Shown in pieces: positions 43,355 through 54,188 of a DNA stretch of 64,000 nt. The position numbers and the translations under genes were made by a program. The number at the start of each line of letters is the position of its first letter. Within the stretch, counting starts at the first letter, position 1. The stretch is from Cyanophora paradoxa CCMP329 (taxonomy: Eukaryota > Plantae > Glaucophyta): positions 1-64,000 of the forward strand of contig QPMI01000165.1 of NCBI GenBank assembly GCA_004431415.1, read 5' to 3'. Below the pieces are notes generated by a model that was not told the DNA's origin, did not search any database, and saw nothing but the letters and a program-made list of their open reading frames with translations.

Positions 43355-44281
43355 TCAATAGAAATTCATTTCGGGCGGTGCGTCGTAGGTTTCGATTTCA
43401 AAAGTGAAATAATGCGCCCAAACCCCGAAATCTAAGAGAGCGCCATCATGGTCGATGAGTTTAATCGTGAGGCGGTCGAAAGATTTTAATTCGCGGAATT
43501 CACGAATGAGAGGCACAGTAGTGGACGTGTCGAAGTGGTAGATATCACCATGTTCGAGTTCCTGTGGGATTGGAATGCGCATGAAATAACCGTCGACGTG
43601 CTTGTTGACTGAGCGAATAAACGGCGCGAATTCGTCAATATATAGCCAGATCATTGCAGCCGGGGTCTCATCTCCACGAGTATAGCCGCGAATGCGTCGA
43701 TTAAGTGTCACAGTCCCCGATCCAGGATTGAATACAAGGAATGTATCGCTTGCAAGAGGGGTAAATGTCTCGTAAACATATAGCTGAATATCTTTGAAAC
43801 CGAATATTGCGAGTTTCTTAGCGATTGCTTTGCGATTACTGGATTTTCTGAGTGTGGCTTCGGAAGCCTGAGAGAACTTGAACCAGAAATTACTATCACT
43901 GAAAAACTCATAGATCTTTGAAGTAGTATTATAGCGGCATTTAATATATTTTCCACCGAAATCTGAAAGGCGAGCTGCTTCGAGTCTTTCTGTGACTTTT
44001 GCGGCAAGGTCGTCTTTGGTGTAAAATCCTTTGGGGATTGTGATGGTCACGAATCCGGAATCCGAAGCTGTGACCGAGAAATAGAGTTCCATGCGCTCGA
44101 TGGTTGCACCAGTGGCGTCTATATCATTTGTCACGGTCGAAAGAACATTGGGAACCGTTGCCTGCACCAGGCGCACCGATTTTACGTTGTCATAGCGACG
44201 AGGTAATGTCACTACATACTTGTTTGGCTGTGTGAACTCCTCGTCGCGATCATCGCTCGAAAAGCTCAGGTATTCTTTCAT
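43355..44281 (-). CDS. Minor capsid protein 2
   Basis: FSSDDRD, NVKSVRLVQATVPN, RLTIKLIDHDGALLDFG. Confidence 0.8.
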   Translation of the reverse strand: MKEYLSFSSDDRDEEFTQPNKYVVTLPRRYDNVKSVRLVQATVPNVLSTVTNDIDATGATIERMELYFSVTASDSGFVTITIPKGFYTKDDLAAKVTERLEAARLSDFGGKYIKCRYNTTSKIYEFFSDSNFWFKFSQASEATLRKSSNRKAIAKKLAIFGFKDIQLYVYETFTPLASDTFLVFNPGSGTVTLNRRIRGYTRGDETPAAMIWLYIDEFAPFIRSVNKHVDGYFMRIPIPQELEHGDIYHFDTSTTVPLIREFRELKSFDRLTIKLIDHDGALLDFGVWAHYFTFEIETYDAPPEMNFY

Positions 44282-44297
44282 CTTACTATAATAGATT

Positions 44298-45143
44298 ATG
44301 AAAAGAATAACAATAAATTGCGACAGTAGAGACCTTGAAAATGGCGTGCTGCACTTGAAAACGCGCCTTAATAATGTACGACGATTTCGTGTGCTATCAG
44401 CTGAGATTCCTAATAGCTCTTATGTTGTTCCGCCCGATCAGACAATAACTATAACGCTTCTGAACGAAGAGCCCACATTAATTCCCGCATCCAAAATGAT
44501 AGCACCGATTCCCAGCGTAAACGACTATTATTACGTCGATGCTGATAACGAACGATATCCGAAAGAGAGAGCTTTAAACAGGGATGCTTTACTCGGTTTT
44601 TCAGGCGGTTCTTTTAATCCACTCGGTCTCTTCCCGGTTTCCTATTCTCTCGCTCTGTCTACCAACCGCTTCGTGTTCTCATCTCCAAATAGCCCTTTTA
44701 CATTAGAGAGCTCAGACCAGGAGTTCTGTGATTGTCTCGGCATAGAACCCGGAGTGGTTTACGCCAGCACAACAGAACCAGTGACGGTTCCACTCAGAGA
44801 TTACCCCAGTCGCTATGCATTTACGTGCCCGAAAATGGTCGACTTTAATGCGATTCCATATATTTACCTTGATATCGAAGAGCTCCGCCCGTTTACCAAA
44901 TTCGCAGCGGTTACAGGTAGACAAAACAATGTCGACGACTCCTATCTATTGCGAATTCAGATGAACTCGGACTTTGGTAGATATTCCTTTTACCATGAAC
45001 CGAGCGCAAGCATCCCTTTCGTAAATGTCACATCGCAACTCGATTTAGATCGCCTCACAATTTCGCTTCGAAAATGGCGGGGCTCTGTTGCGGATATAAA
45101 CGGTCTCTCATTCTCGTTCCAGCTGGAAGTTATCACGGATTAA
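44298..45143 (+). CDS. Minor capsid protein 1
   Basis: NCDSRD, VLSAEIPNS, DINGLSFSFQLEV. Confidence 0.8.
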   Translation: MKRITINCDSRDLENGVLHLKTRLNNVRRFRVLSAEIPNSSYVVPPDQTITITLLNEEPTLIPASKMIAPIPSVNDYYYVDADNERYPKERALNRDALLGFSGGSFNPLGLFPVSYSLALSTNRFVFSSPNSPFTLESSDQEFCDCLGIEPGVVYASTTEPVTVPLRDYPSRYAFTCPKMVDFNAIPYIYLDIEELRPFTKFAAVTGRQNNVDDSYLLRIQMNSDFGRYSFYHEPSASIPFVNVTSQLDLDRLTISLRKWRGSVADINGLSFSFQLEVITD

Positions 45144-45149
45144 GCGCTG

Positions 45150-46643
45150 TCACACGTAGTAGCCCTCGAAATCAATTCGGCATGCCGAAGCAATATTCGT
45201 CGTGAGCACCCAGATTACGAGGGTTCTGACAGATCTCGGGTTCGCTAAGAAATGTTCGTCGGGATCAGCACTTCCGGCTATTTGATTCGCATTGGTAAAC
45301 ACTCTCGTCGCACCGGCTTCTGTGTATGTAACAAGCGCAGAAACTCCGGGAGTGAGCTGGTAATCGATCTCAAACGTTTTAATATAGTTGCCATTCGCAG
45401 CTGGCTTCATTTTTATTGAGGAAAGCATAAACAGACGCGGAAAATCGATGCGTAAATAATTGCCTCCCGACCTACTACCTTGCGGCGGGTTTGTGAATCC
45501 CACCCACCCCGTGGCATTCGACCAGCGGGCATTGGAGGCTGTGCCGAATTCCGCAATAAAGGCGCTATTATCGAGCGGCACCCAGTTAGACTCCGGGGGT
45601 GCACTTGTATCTGTGCAACCCGACAGATTAATTATGGGAACGTCTCCCTCTGATATATTCATGGTCAGCACTGAATACATCGCATTAAAATACGTTTGCT
45701 GTGCGGAAACAAAGGTGAGGGCTTCCGTTTCCAAATATTGCAGGTGACTGGTCGTGATCGTATCGAGAGTCATTTTATCTTTCGGTAAAGGCACACTCAG
45801 CTTATAGTAGCGATCGTAGTTCTGATCATCATTTCTGGGTAAAAGTTCCAGTAGCTTTACGTGAGCGTTTAGATCGCTCGACTCTAAGAACATGCTGAGA
45901 ATTGGCGATCCTGTCGCGCTTAGCATCCATTGCACGATCCCCCAATTTTTCATGGTGTCGTACGAATATCCCGCGGTTGCTTTATCGGCGTCTTGGACAT
46001 GACCCGCCGTAATCGAGACCACTATAAGCTCCTCCTCGCAAGAGTTTCCGAATAATGTGCGGGCGAACGTGTAGCCACAGATCCCGGGCGAATTATTTCC
46101 GCTCATGCAACCATCGATTAAACAGTATGTTCTCCCGGCGACTGTGACTTGTTTCGGCTCGAAATAGGTCGGAGCAGCCGAGGTAGCCCTTGCAGCATCG
46201 CGCACAAGCATCCCATTAATATCTTCATCGTTGCTTGAAATAAAAACGGGGGACATTAAGACCGTGTCAAACGCAGTCACGATGGTGGGTTTATAGAGAT
46301 CCGCCATAGTCGCTGAGCCGCAGAGTTCCAGAGCCACAGCTTCTAAGTTAGTTGCTTCGTACTTTGGGCGCTGTACAATCGATGTAAGCACTCGTGGATT
46401 CGCGAAAATCAGCGGTAGCTTTGCTTTGTAGAGCGCCAGAATATCAGTGGCAGTATATTTAGGGGCGCCATCGGTTCCCTTGATATTCAATAGGAGCGCG
46501 ATTAATCCACCTGTGGATGTTCCCGCAAAGCAGTCGAATAGCTGTTGGATTCGTTTACCTGTTTGTGCTTCAATCTGTGCCAGTATAGCAGCCTCGATTA
46601 TTCCGCGCGACCCCCCTCCACTCAAAGCGAGAACGGTCTTCAT
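45150..46643 (-). CDS. Patatin-like phospholipase with discoidin-like domain
   Basis: LSGGGSRG, GTSTGG, SAAPTYF, IDG; homologue of 24604..26139. Confidence 0.9.
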   Translation of the reverse strand: MKTVLALSGGGSRGIIEAAILAQIEAQTGKRIQQLFDCFAGTSTGGLIALLLNIKGTDGAPKYTATDILALYKAKLPLIFANPRVLTSIVQRPKYEATNLEAVALELCGSATMADLYKPTIVTAFDTVLMSPVFISSNDEDINGMLVRDAARATSAAPTYFEPKQVTVAGRTYCLIDGCMSGNNSPGICGYTFARTLFGNSCEEELIVVSITAGHVQDADKATAGYSYDTMKNWGIVQWMLSATGSPILSMFLESSDLNAHVKLLELLPRNDDQNYDRYYKLSVPLPKDKMTLDTITTSHLQYLETEALTFVSAQQTYFNAMYSVLTMNISEGDVPIINLSGCTDTSAPPESNWVPLDNSAFIAEFGTASNARWSNATGWVGFTNPPQGSRSGGNYLRIDFPRLFMLSSIKMKPAANGNYIKTFEIDYQLTPGVSALVTYTEAGATRVFTNANQIAGSADPDEHFLANPRSVRTLVIWVLTTNIASACRIDFEGYYV

Positions 46644-46686
46644 TATCTTATATACTTCTTATATATCTTCTTTGTTTATAAAGAGG

Positions 46687-49600
46687 ATGTCGTTCCTGAA
46701 TCCGAGACCCGATGCACGAGTAATTAATTCGACCACGCAGATAGAGGACACTGACCAGGTAAACACCGAAATTCGCGGGTCTCTGAGAATAAATTACAAT
46801 GCAGACCGCGAAGATCCAGTCAGTGGAACACCGAGCAGACCCGCAGCTTTGCAGTTAATGAACGTCGAGAAGGGGGATCATAAACTTGGAATCGACTTTT
46901 TACTTGATGATAACGAGCGAAACAGAGTTGCCAGCATCCAGGCGACTCGTCAGTTACCCAAAACGGTGCGCTATAATCGTAGGAACATCCCAAAAGCATT
47001 CGATAGAGGTCGCTTAAACTTCTTCATTCAAGATGAGAGCGGTTTCCAAAATGCAGCACTGAGAATCGTGGATAATAGCACGCTTATAGCCGGAGTATCC
47101 ACACGAAAAACAAAGGTAGAGGTCGTCCATGATCTCTCAGCAGGTAATCTAACGACGAGCAATATTACAGCAAGTAACATCACTACGGATACCCTAAACG
47201 TAAACTCGCTTAACTCCGAGTCGTTTTTCGCCACTAATGTCGCAACCTGTAACCTTAACATCGAATCCTTTGTGATTCAGAAGAGCGAATCGGTTCCCCA
47301 GATAACAGAGGGCGTTTTCACATTAGACCCCGCGAAACCGACCTTAGAAATTGTCGAAAATGGGAACGTTGTGGATATTATCGGCGCCAATGCTCCGAAT
47401 GTGAGATCCTTAGCACTTGATAAAACGACTATATCATTTGCAGAGGAAATTCCGGCATTTACCACAGAGAAACAGGCACTGAGAACAGATCATGTTCACA
47501 TTACCAGAGACAATATAAACGATCTTTTGGGCAAGGACATTGTAAAGGCGTTTTTGGAGTTTGAAAGGAGCAAGAACACCAAAGATTCCAGCCAGGATGG
47601 AACCCTCACGACCCACACAACCGAGATCGCGGCTTTGCAGTCCGAAATTAATGCACTGTTTGCAGCAGATGGAGCGCTTGCAATTACCTTAGCCCATATT
47701 CTATCGAAAAGGAACATTTACCCCGCGACTGATAACACATACCGAGTTGGTTTATCGAATCTGAGATGGTCAGAGGTGCATGGAGTTTCCGTGTTTGCCT
47801 CCAATTTAATCCTTCCATTAAATCACTCACTCCGACCTAATCAGATTCTTACCAATGGTAATGCACTGATCAGCTACACCGACTATAATAGTAACCTTTC
47901 CCGCTCGGTTTCGCAAACTGAGACCTACACTGTCGAGGGATACCCTCAGCAGCTCGCAAATGGGGTCTATGTCGCTTATGTAGGCAAACCTACATATACA
48001 TTCACTTGGGATCAGTTGGGTGTCACAGGTTTCGAGACGAATATACCCACTGTTTCATTGGTGGATCACACTACTTATTATAATCCTATCTATAACAATA
48101 ATGAATCTAATAAAGCATTTATCCAAAATGTCACCTCCACAGGGTTTCAGGTTTCGTTTGTCATTAACGAGACATACAATTTACTTATCATCCGAAACAA
48201 CTCATTGAGTTCCGAAGCTACTATTAGTTTCACTCTTAACATCAATTATATCACCCCTGAATTCGATAGCAAACCCAGAGTGAAGGTTTACCGAGATTTA
48301 CAAGGTAGCAATATCGTGCCCTTCTCACAGAATTTCGATCTTGGGGCGAATTCTTTGAGGTGGAACACAGTTTATACTTTGAATGCAAACACCTGTAATA
48401 TTGTGGTCGCAGGTTCATCGGCTACTATTGGAGATCTGACCGCCCCTTTCAAAAAGGAGTATCTTAAAGAGCTGTATATTACAAAGTCTGATTTACCAGA
48501 TGCTATTTCGTTGGTGCTCTCCCCGACTCCCAGCATCTCATACCACAATGTGAAAGACACAAGTAATGTAGTGCAGAGTGGAAGCAAAGTATTCCAGGCA
48601 TCCGAGATATCAGCATCAACATATAGATACCTTGCAGGGGTTCCAGCGAATTTTAATTTCACATTTGAGACACCTTTTGTTTCCCCTCCTACTATTGAAA
48701 TAACAGATACGAATTTGTATGTGATCAATAATGGGTCATCTACCTCTCTCAACAATGCGCCCCTTGGTTACTCTCCATTTGTCGCCACAAATATAACAAC
48801 AACCGGCTTTACACTTGTCGGAAATGCAACAGTGACCTATGCTCTGTCAGGATATCCTGTTGGATTATATTTTGCGAAGTTTAATCTTACTCCAATCCCA
48901 CCTGTGTCCCTTTCTCCTCCCTTTACTATCAGTTGGAAGGCAACAGGAACTATTCCACGATTCGACCCCGAAGATCGTTTGAAAATTAGGTATCCTCTCG
49001 ATGTTACCGATATTCATACTACGAGAATAAATGGGCAGAATTTCGTGTTTAATGGAACCAATGCGACTCTGATCAATAACAGTGTCACAAATAATTACTT
49101 TTTCGATTCTCGATATATTAATACTTGCAACATTGTCATACAGAACACGTTTGAGAATCGCAGTAAGACCTTAACAGTCACCTTGCCCACTCACTCGAAT
49201 GTCTCAGATGGATTTCACTATTACCTGTTCAATCGCAATTACACCTCATATATTCCATATCCTTCTGAGACTGTCAACATGAGCTATCCCAGAGTCACCC
49301 TAACATCGACCAATGCTGACTTCTTTGGATCCACCGACTTTATGACCTTCTTTGCTTTCACATCCTCTACTGATGGTCTGTTAGTTTATTACACTTTCAG
49401 GTATGATGCTGTTTGGACTCAGCTTGACAGCCACCCAAATACAGATGTAATCGAAGTGGGCGATAAGAAATATATTAAAACCGCTTCCCCATGGGTGTGC
49501 ACTGTCCGGCTCGATGATAGATACACTCCCAACCTAAATAGCATTGGAATGCACTCGACATGCAATATTTATGTGCAAGGTGCAATTTCGGCTACCAAAT

Positions 49601-50409
49601 ATTTCGAGGGTGGGAACTGTGATGCAGCCCATAGGTTGCTATCGCGAAATGGACTCTTTGAGTCTTTTAGTGGGACAGCTCTACCGCCATTCATCAGGGA
49701 CACAGTCTATGATACTACATGCAATATTTGGGTGTGCCGATCTGTGAGCAATCCGCCTGTGACAAAGGAATTATATAAATATCTTTCAGATACCTATGGT
49801 GCCATCACAGGGTCTTCAACAGGAAATCCAGCGACGGCTCCCATCGTGTTTGCAAATGCATACACAGCGCCAACATCATTGTCAGGGTCGACAGAGCCGC
49901 CACCAAACGATCCCAATCCGAACCAGCCTAACCCAGATCCCGATTCGAAAGATCCCCCTACAACTGATCCAGATCCAAACACGACACCTAATAATCCCAC
50001 CAATCCTACAAATCCAGTCGGAGCACCCGGAATGGATCCCGGGACATTAGTGCTTCTCATTCTCTTGCCAATTCTCGGTGCCCTTGGACTTGTGCTTGCA
50101 TACAAATTCCGAGCTTTATGTTGTGCTTGCATAGACAGAACCATTGCAGGTGCAGGTAATAAATACTCGGTGCCAGAAATGAATGTGACCCAAACAGCCG
50201 AAGGAGATGTGGGGTTAGAGGTGAGGTCAGCCGAGGGGCATGGTCTTAGTGTTGTGAGAACTGATCAACCACCAGCAAGTAGGGCAGCACCCAAAAAATC
50301 GCGAGCAGAACGAATGGCTGAATCAATAATAAAAGATAATGCAGACTTTATGGCGGAAATGGCACAGCGAGAAGGGAGAATATATGAACATGTTCCAAAT
50401 GTTATGTAG
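46687..50409 (+). CDS. Long fibre-like protein with Pro/Asn linker and C-terminal transmembrane helix
   Basis: Likely start MSFLNPRP; N-terminus related to 26187 (FDRGRLNF vs FDSGRLIF); LVLLILLPILGALGLVLAY. Confidence 0.85.
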   Translation: MSFLNPRPDARVINSTTQIEDTDQVNTEIRGSLRINYNADREDPVSGTPSRPAALQLMNVEKGDHKLGIDFLLDDNERNRVASIQATRQLPKTVRYNRRNIPKAFDRGRLNFFIQDESGFQNAALRIVDNSTLIAGVSTRKTKVEVVHDLSAGNLTTSNITASNITTDTLNVNSLNSESFFATNVATCNLNIESFVIQKSESVPQITEGVFTLDPAKPTLEIVENGNVVDIIGANAPNVRSLALDKTTISFAEEIPAFTTEKQALRTDHVHITRDNINDLLGKDIVKAFLEFERSKNTKDSSQDGTLTTHTTEIAALQSEINALFAADGALAITLAHILSKRNIYPATDNTYRVGLSNLRWSEVHGVSVFASNLILPLNHSLRPNQILTNGNALISYTDYNSNLSRSVSQTETYTVEGYPQQLANGVYVAYVGKPTYTFTWDQLGVTGFETNIPTVSLVDHTTYYNPIYNNNESNKAFIQNVTSTGFQVSFVINETYNLLIIRNNSLSSEATISFTLNINYITPEFDSKPRVKVYRDLQGSNIVPFSQNFDLGANSLRWNTVYTLNANTCNIVVAGSSATIGDLTAPFKKEYLKELYITKSDLPDAISLVLSPTPSISYHNVKDTSNVVQSGSKVFQASEISASTYRYLAGVPANFNFTFETPFVSPPTIEITDTNLYVINNGSSTSLNNAPLGYSPFVATNITTTGFTLVGNATVTYALSGYPVGLYFAKFNLTPIPPVSLSPPFTISWKATGTIPRFDPEDRLKIRYPLDVTDIHTTRINGQNFVFNGTNATLINNSVTNNYFFDSRYINTCNIVIQNTFENRSKTLTVTLPTHSNVSDGFHYYLFNRNYTSYIPYPSETVNMSYPRVTLTSTNADFFGSTDFMTFFAFTSSTDGLLVYYTFRYDAVWTQLDSHPNTDVIEVGDKKYIKTASPWVCTVRLDDRYTPNLNSIGMHSTCNIYVQGAISATKYFEGGNCDAAHRLLSRNGLFESFSGTALPPFIRDTVYDTTCNIWVCRSVSNPPVTKELYKYLSDTYGAITGSSTGNPATAPIVFANAYTAPTSLSGSTEPPPNDPNPNQPNPDPDSKDPPTTDPDPNTTPNNPTNPTNPVGAPGMDPGTLVLLILLPILGALGLVLAYKFRALCCACIDRTIAGAGNKYSVPEMNVTQTAEGDVGLEVRSAEGHGLSVVRTDQPPASRAAPKKSRAERMAESIIKDNADFMAEMAQREGRIYEHVPNVM

Positions 50410-50447
50410 CGATCCTAATTTTTGTAGTATGCCATAATAGAGAAATA

Positions 50448-52031
50448 ATGACGGAACCCATAGTAGAAACGACAGTAAAGAATGCTGTATTGGATAATCA
50501 ATTTTATATAACCCATGCCAATATACCCAGTGAATCCAATGACCTAATTGTTAATCTAAAAGGCTATGTGATGGGAGCTATGGCTTCTAACCTATGGAAT
50601 GACCTTTTCGGTTACGAGTTTGGTCACATCTATGACATTGCAAATGGAATTGGCTATGTGGATGCAATGGCAGGCACAGCCTTTCGCAATTTAAATTGCA
50701 ACTGTGTGGGGGGGTGGATGTTTCAGATCTGTTCAAATGTCGATCCTACTATTGATCCCGCCACGATTACCTTTGATTGCAATCTGTTTGCCCCCAAAAC
50801 CATTTTCTCCATCACTTGCAATCTCGTTAATTCGGATGTGCCCATTGTGGCACCTCTCATGGGTGCATCCAATATGTATATTCGAAGATACCCTGTTGTT
50901 CACACAGGTGGAGAGTATGTGATCCCAGATGATCCAGCTATAATGCCTATTAAAATCGATCTCCCTTCGGATTATGTAGGGAGGGGGGAACTGAAAACCG
51001 TTTCATTTACAGGAGACTATAATGATCTCATTAATAAACCCACCGCAGCAAATCTACACCCTGTTGCATTTTCGGGGAGTTTCCTCGACCTTAATAATAG
51101 ATCACACACCCACACAAAGGCAGAAATCACAGATTTTGCACACACTCACACCAAGTCCCAAATAACAGATTTTGCACACTATCACACCCGAGCAGACATT
51201 ACGAATTTCGCTCACACTCATGTTAAATCAGAGATTTTAGATCTCGGAAATGTTGCATATGTTGGTCACACCCACACCAAGGCAGAGATTACAGATCTTG
51301 GAAATGTTGCATATGTAGGTCACACCCACACTAAGGCAGAGATTACAGACCTTGGAAATGTCTCTTACGTAGGTCACACTCATGATTGGAATACAGATAT
51401 TTATAACAAACCCGCTATATTTTCAGGAAACTACAATGATCTGACCAATAAACCCACCCTTGATCCCTTTACAGCAAATAACATTACAGCAAATGCAAAC
51501 CTTCTTATTGGATCAGGCTATTTTCTTGATTATGACCCTTATATTATGCCTGATCCTCCTGTTATTTGGAATTTCCACAACTCTACCCTTTCTACTAACT
51601 CTATATCTTACTATCAGGATAAAACCCTACTTGTTCGTGGAAATGCATATGCAAGGGAAATGTGGGTTATGGATCCTCGGGACAACTCCAAGGTGACTAA
51701 GTTAGCACCCCAATACATGCTTGATAGCCTGATTAGAAAAGGTATCACAGCAATTACCATAACCAATCCTCAACAAATGCAAAATTCAGCAACAGCAAGA
51801 CCAAATTTCACTTTTACACTTACTTGGAGTCCGGCATTTTCAACTTCACCTTCTGTTGTTACAAATATGCAAGGATTGCTTGCGGATTGCACTGATCTCG
51901 AATATAAAATTGCAGTTACCAGCAACTCAACGACATCAACAACAATCAATGTGCAAGTTTGGGTTGCAGGTTTCAATGTTGTTTACCCTTCAAGCTTCAT
52001 AGTCTATATACATTGGATAGCAACAGCATAA
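50448..52031 (+). CDS. Fibre protein with HTHTKAEITD repeats and lectin-like tip
   Basis: Mosaic of the 3266 N-terminus and the 29277-29840 segment; ends in IHWIATA. Confidence 0.85.
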   Translation: MTEPIVETTVKNAVLDNQFYITHANIPSESNDLIVNLKGYVMGAMASNLWNDLFGYEFGHIYDIANGIGYVDAMAGTAFRNLNCNCVGGWMFQICSNVDPTIDPATITFDCNLFAPKTIFSITCNLVNSDVPIVAPLMGASNMYIRRYPVVHTGGEYVIPDDPAIMPIKIDLPSDYVGRGELKTVSFTGDYNDLINKPTAANLHPVAFSGSFLDLNNRSHTHTKAEITDFAHTHTKSQITDFAHYHTRADITNFAHTHVKSEILDLGNVAYVGHTHTKAEITDLGNVAYVGHTHTKAEITDLGNVSYVGHTHDWNTDIYNKPAIFSGNYNDLTNKPTLDPFTANNITANANLLIGSGYFLDYDPYIMPDPPVIWNFHNSTLSTNSISYYQDKTLLVRGNAYAREMWVMDPRDNSKVTKLAPQYMLDSLIRKGITAITITNPQQMQNSATARPNFTFTLTWSPAFSTSPSVVTNMQGLLADCTDLEYKIAVTSNSTTSTTINVQVWVAGFNVVYPSSFIVYIHWIATA

Positions 52032-52056
52032 TTAAGATTCTTACACAATTATAAAG

Positions 52057-53124
52057 ATGACCTCTCTATTAGAAATCCCAAACTATGAACTTGCAGCCAA
52101 ATCACTTCATAGCACCTCTCATGAAGTAGTCGACTCTACACCCGGTTTTATTTGCACTGAAACATCAAGCAATACTTCTTTCACACAGGACAATATACTG
52201 AGAGTGAAAGAAATTCGATGTGATCGAAATGGAGGCAAGATTAGAACCACAGGCATTATAATCTCGAATAAAAACCAAGTTCAAGCAGGTCAGGTAGTCC
52301 CGGATTCAGCAATATATGATAATGTGGGTGGAGTCACCACAGCACAGATAGTTACTTTTGGTAACACAAGCAATAATTCTGCTCTTGTGGTGAAGAGTGG
52401 AGGAGCATACATTGGTGATGGAGCAATTGTGGTAGGAACTGTTACAGCAAATCAATTAAATGTGAATGGGACAAGTAGTTTTGGTGGGTATATGAATTTC
52501 AATGGTGGGCTTTCAGGGAGTATTCAGTATGGAACACTCACACTTTCCACAAGAATAAATACACCTGAGATTGACAACATGAGTGACACAGTCATGAATT
52601 ACAAGAGGAATGGGGACACAATCTTTTCTCTTCAAAAAACAACTCAAACAGATAACACAACTGTTCAACATCTAACACTACCAACAGGCAAATACCTAAA
52701 ATTAAGTGATCACCCTCGTTTCTTTGCAACAAAACAGCAACCAAATGGGTCAATAACTGCAACGATTTCCTCAATTAATATATATCCAACAACAGGAGTC
52801 ATAGTGAACCAAGGGAATAATTTCGACCCTGCAACAGGGCTTTTTACTGCTCCTGTTACAGGAAACTATCTTGTCACATTTAGTGGATCCTGTTATTGGA
52901 CTGGAAGAACAACTAATATTGTAACATTTTTACAGAAAAACGGAAGCTCATCTGGAATTGAAGTTAATACCAATTATGCATCTGCATTTGCAAACAATGG
53001 GTTCGAAATAATCGTTGACCTTCAAGCTAATGATTCCATCAGAATATCATATAATAGCACTGGTGGAGGTTCTATATATTATAATATCAGATGGTTCTTT
53101 GGATGTATGCTTGTCCATTCATAA
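52057..53124 (+). CDS. Fibre-family protein with C1q-like head
   Basis: Shared N-terminal domain; GLFTAPVTGNYLVTF. Confidence 0.85.
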   Translation: MTSLLEIPNYELAAKSLHSTSHEVVDSTPGFICTETSSNTSFTQDNILRVKEIRCDRNGGKIRTTGIIISNKNQVQAGQVVPDSAIYDNVGGVTTAQIVTFGNTSNNSALVVKSGGAYIGDGAIVVGTVTANQLNVNGTSSFGGYMNFNGGLSGSIQYGTLTLSTRINTPEIDNMSDTVMNYKRNGDTIFSLQKTTQTDNTTVQHLTLPTGKYLKLSDHPRFFATKQQPNGSITATISSINIYPTTGVIVNQGNNFDPATGLFTAPVTGNYLVTFSGSCYWTGRTTNIVTFLQKNGSSSGIEVNTNYASAFANNGFEIIVDLQANDSIRISYNSTGGGSIYYNIRWFFGCMLVHS

Positions 53125-53146
53125 TATTGTCTACATAATATAAAGT

Positions 53147-54166
53147 ATGACCACTCAAATAGCTGTTCCTGTGTTCTGTTATGCTGCCCCGAGATTACAT
53201 CAACTCAACCACACAGTAACAGATGCAACCCCTGGGTTTATTTGCACTGAAACAACAGGTGCCGATTCGTTTTCTCAAAACTCTGTGATCAGATGCAAAG
53301 AAATTCGATGTGATCGCAATGGGGGCAAGGTGAGAACCACAGGTTTAATTGTCTCCAATAAGAACCAAGTCCAATCAGGTCAGATTGTTTCTGATTCCAC
53401 AATATATGATGATGTAGGAGGGTTCACCACACCCAAAATAGTAACCTTTTACAACACAATTAATAACTCTGCTCTTGTTGTGAGAAGTGGAGGTGCCTAC
53501 ATTGGAGATGGGGCGAGAATTGATGGAACCCTTACAGCAAATCAGGTAAGTATTACAGGAACAAGCACCTTTACAGGATTGGTAACAGCAAATGCTGGTA
53601 TTTCACTACCAATTGCCTCACAATCCATAATCACAGCAACAAACAAGGTTGTCACACCGGAAATCGATACAGGAGCCAATGTAGACCTTCTTCTGAAACG
53701 GAATAGTAACACTGTCGCTACTCTGGAAGCGAATAGTTTGACAGTTAATACAGGGTGTTATCTCAAAACATCACATCCACGATTTTCAGTTCAACTCGGC
53801 TATAATCACACTGCTACAAGTTCTGCTGTTCTTATAAACTGGGCAACAGTTCGAGTAAACAATACCAACTCATTCAGCATATCAACTGGAAGGTTCACAG
53901 CACCTGTTGCGGGACACTATCGATTTTCAGTTTTCACTTCTTCAACCACAACTTCTGCAATTGAATTATTTGTAAGGGTTAATGATGCTGACCCTGGGGG
54001 ATTGAGCATTTCCCAAGTTCACAATCTGTCAACAACAAATAAAGCGCTGTGTTTCTCTTGCATTCTCAATCTTGCCCAAAACGAATATGTGACACTTGTT
54101 ACAAATTCAGTCGGTTCCTATGCAAGTCAAACAGCCTTCTCAGGTGAATTAATAAGCATCGTATAA
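53147..54166 (+). CDS. Fibre-family protein with C1q-like head
   Basis: Shared N-terminal domain; GRFTAPVAGHYRFS. Confidence 0.85.
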   Translation: MTTQIAVPVFCYAAPRLHQLNHTVTDATPGFICTETTGADSFSQNSVIRCKEIRCDRNGGKVRTTGLIVSNKNQVQSGQIVSDSTIYDDVGGFTTPKIVTFYNTINNSALVVRSGGAYIGDGARIDGTLTANQVSITGTSTFTGLVTANAGISLPIASQSIITATNKVVTPEIDTGANVDLLLKRNSNTVATLEANSLTVNTGCYLKTSHPRFSVQLGYNHTATSSAVLINWATVRVNNTNSFSISTGRFTAPVAGHYRFSVFTSSTTTSAIELFVRVNDADPGGLSISQVHNLSTTNKALCFSCILNLAQNEYVTLVTNSVGSYASQTAFSGELISIV

Positions 54167-54188
54167 TTTTCTTATGGTAGTTTAGGAA

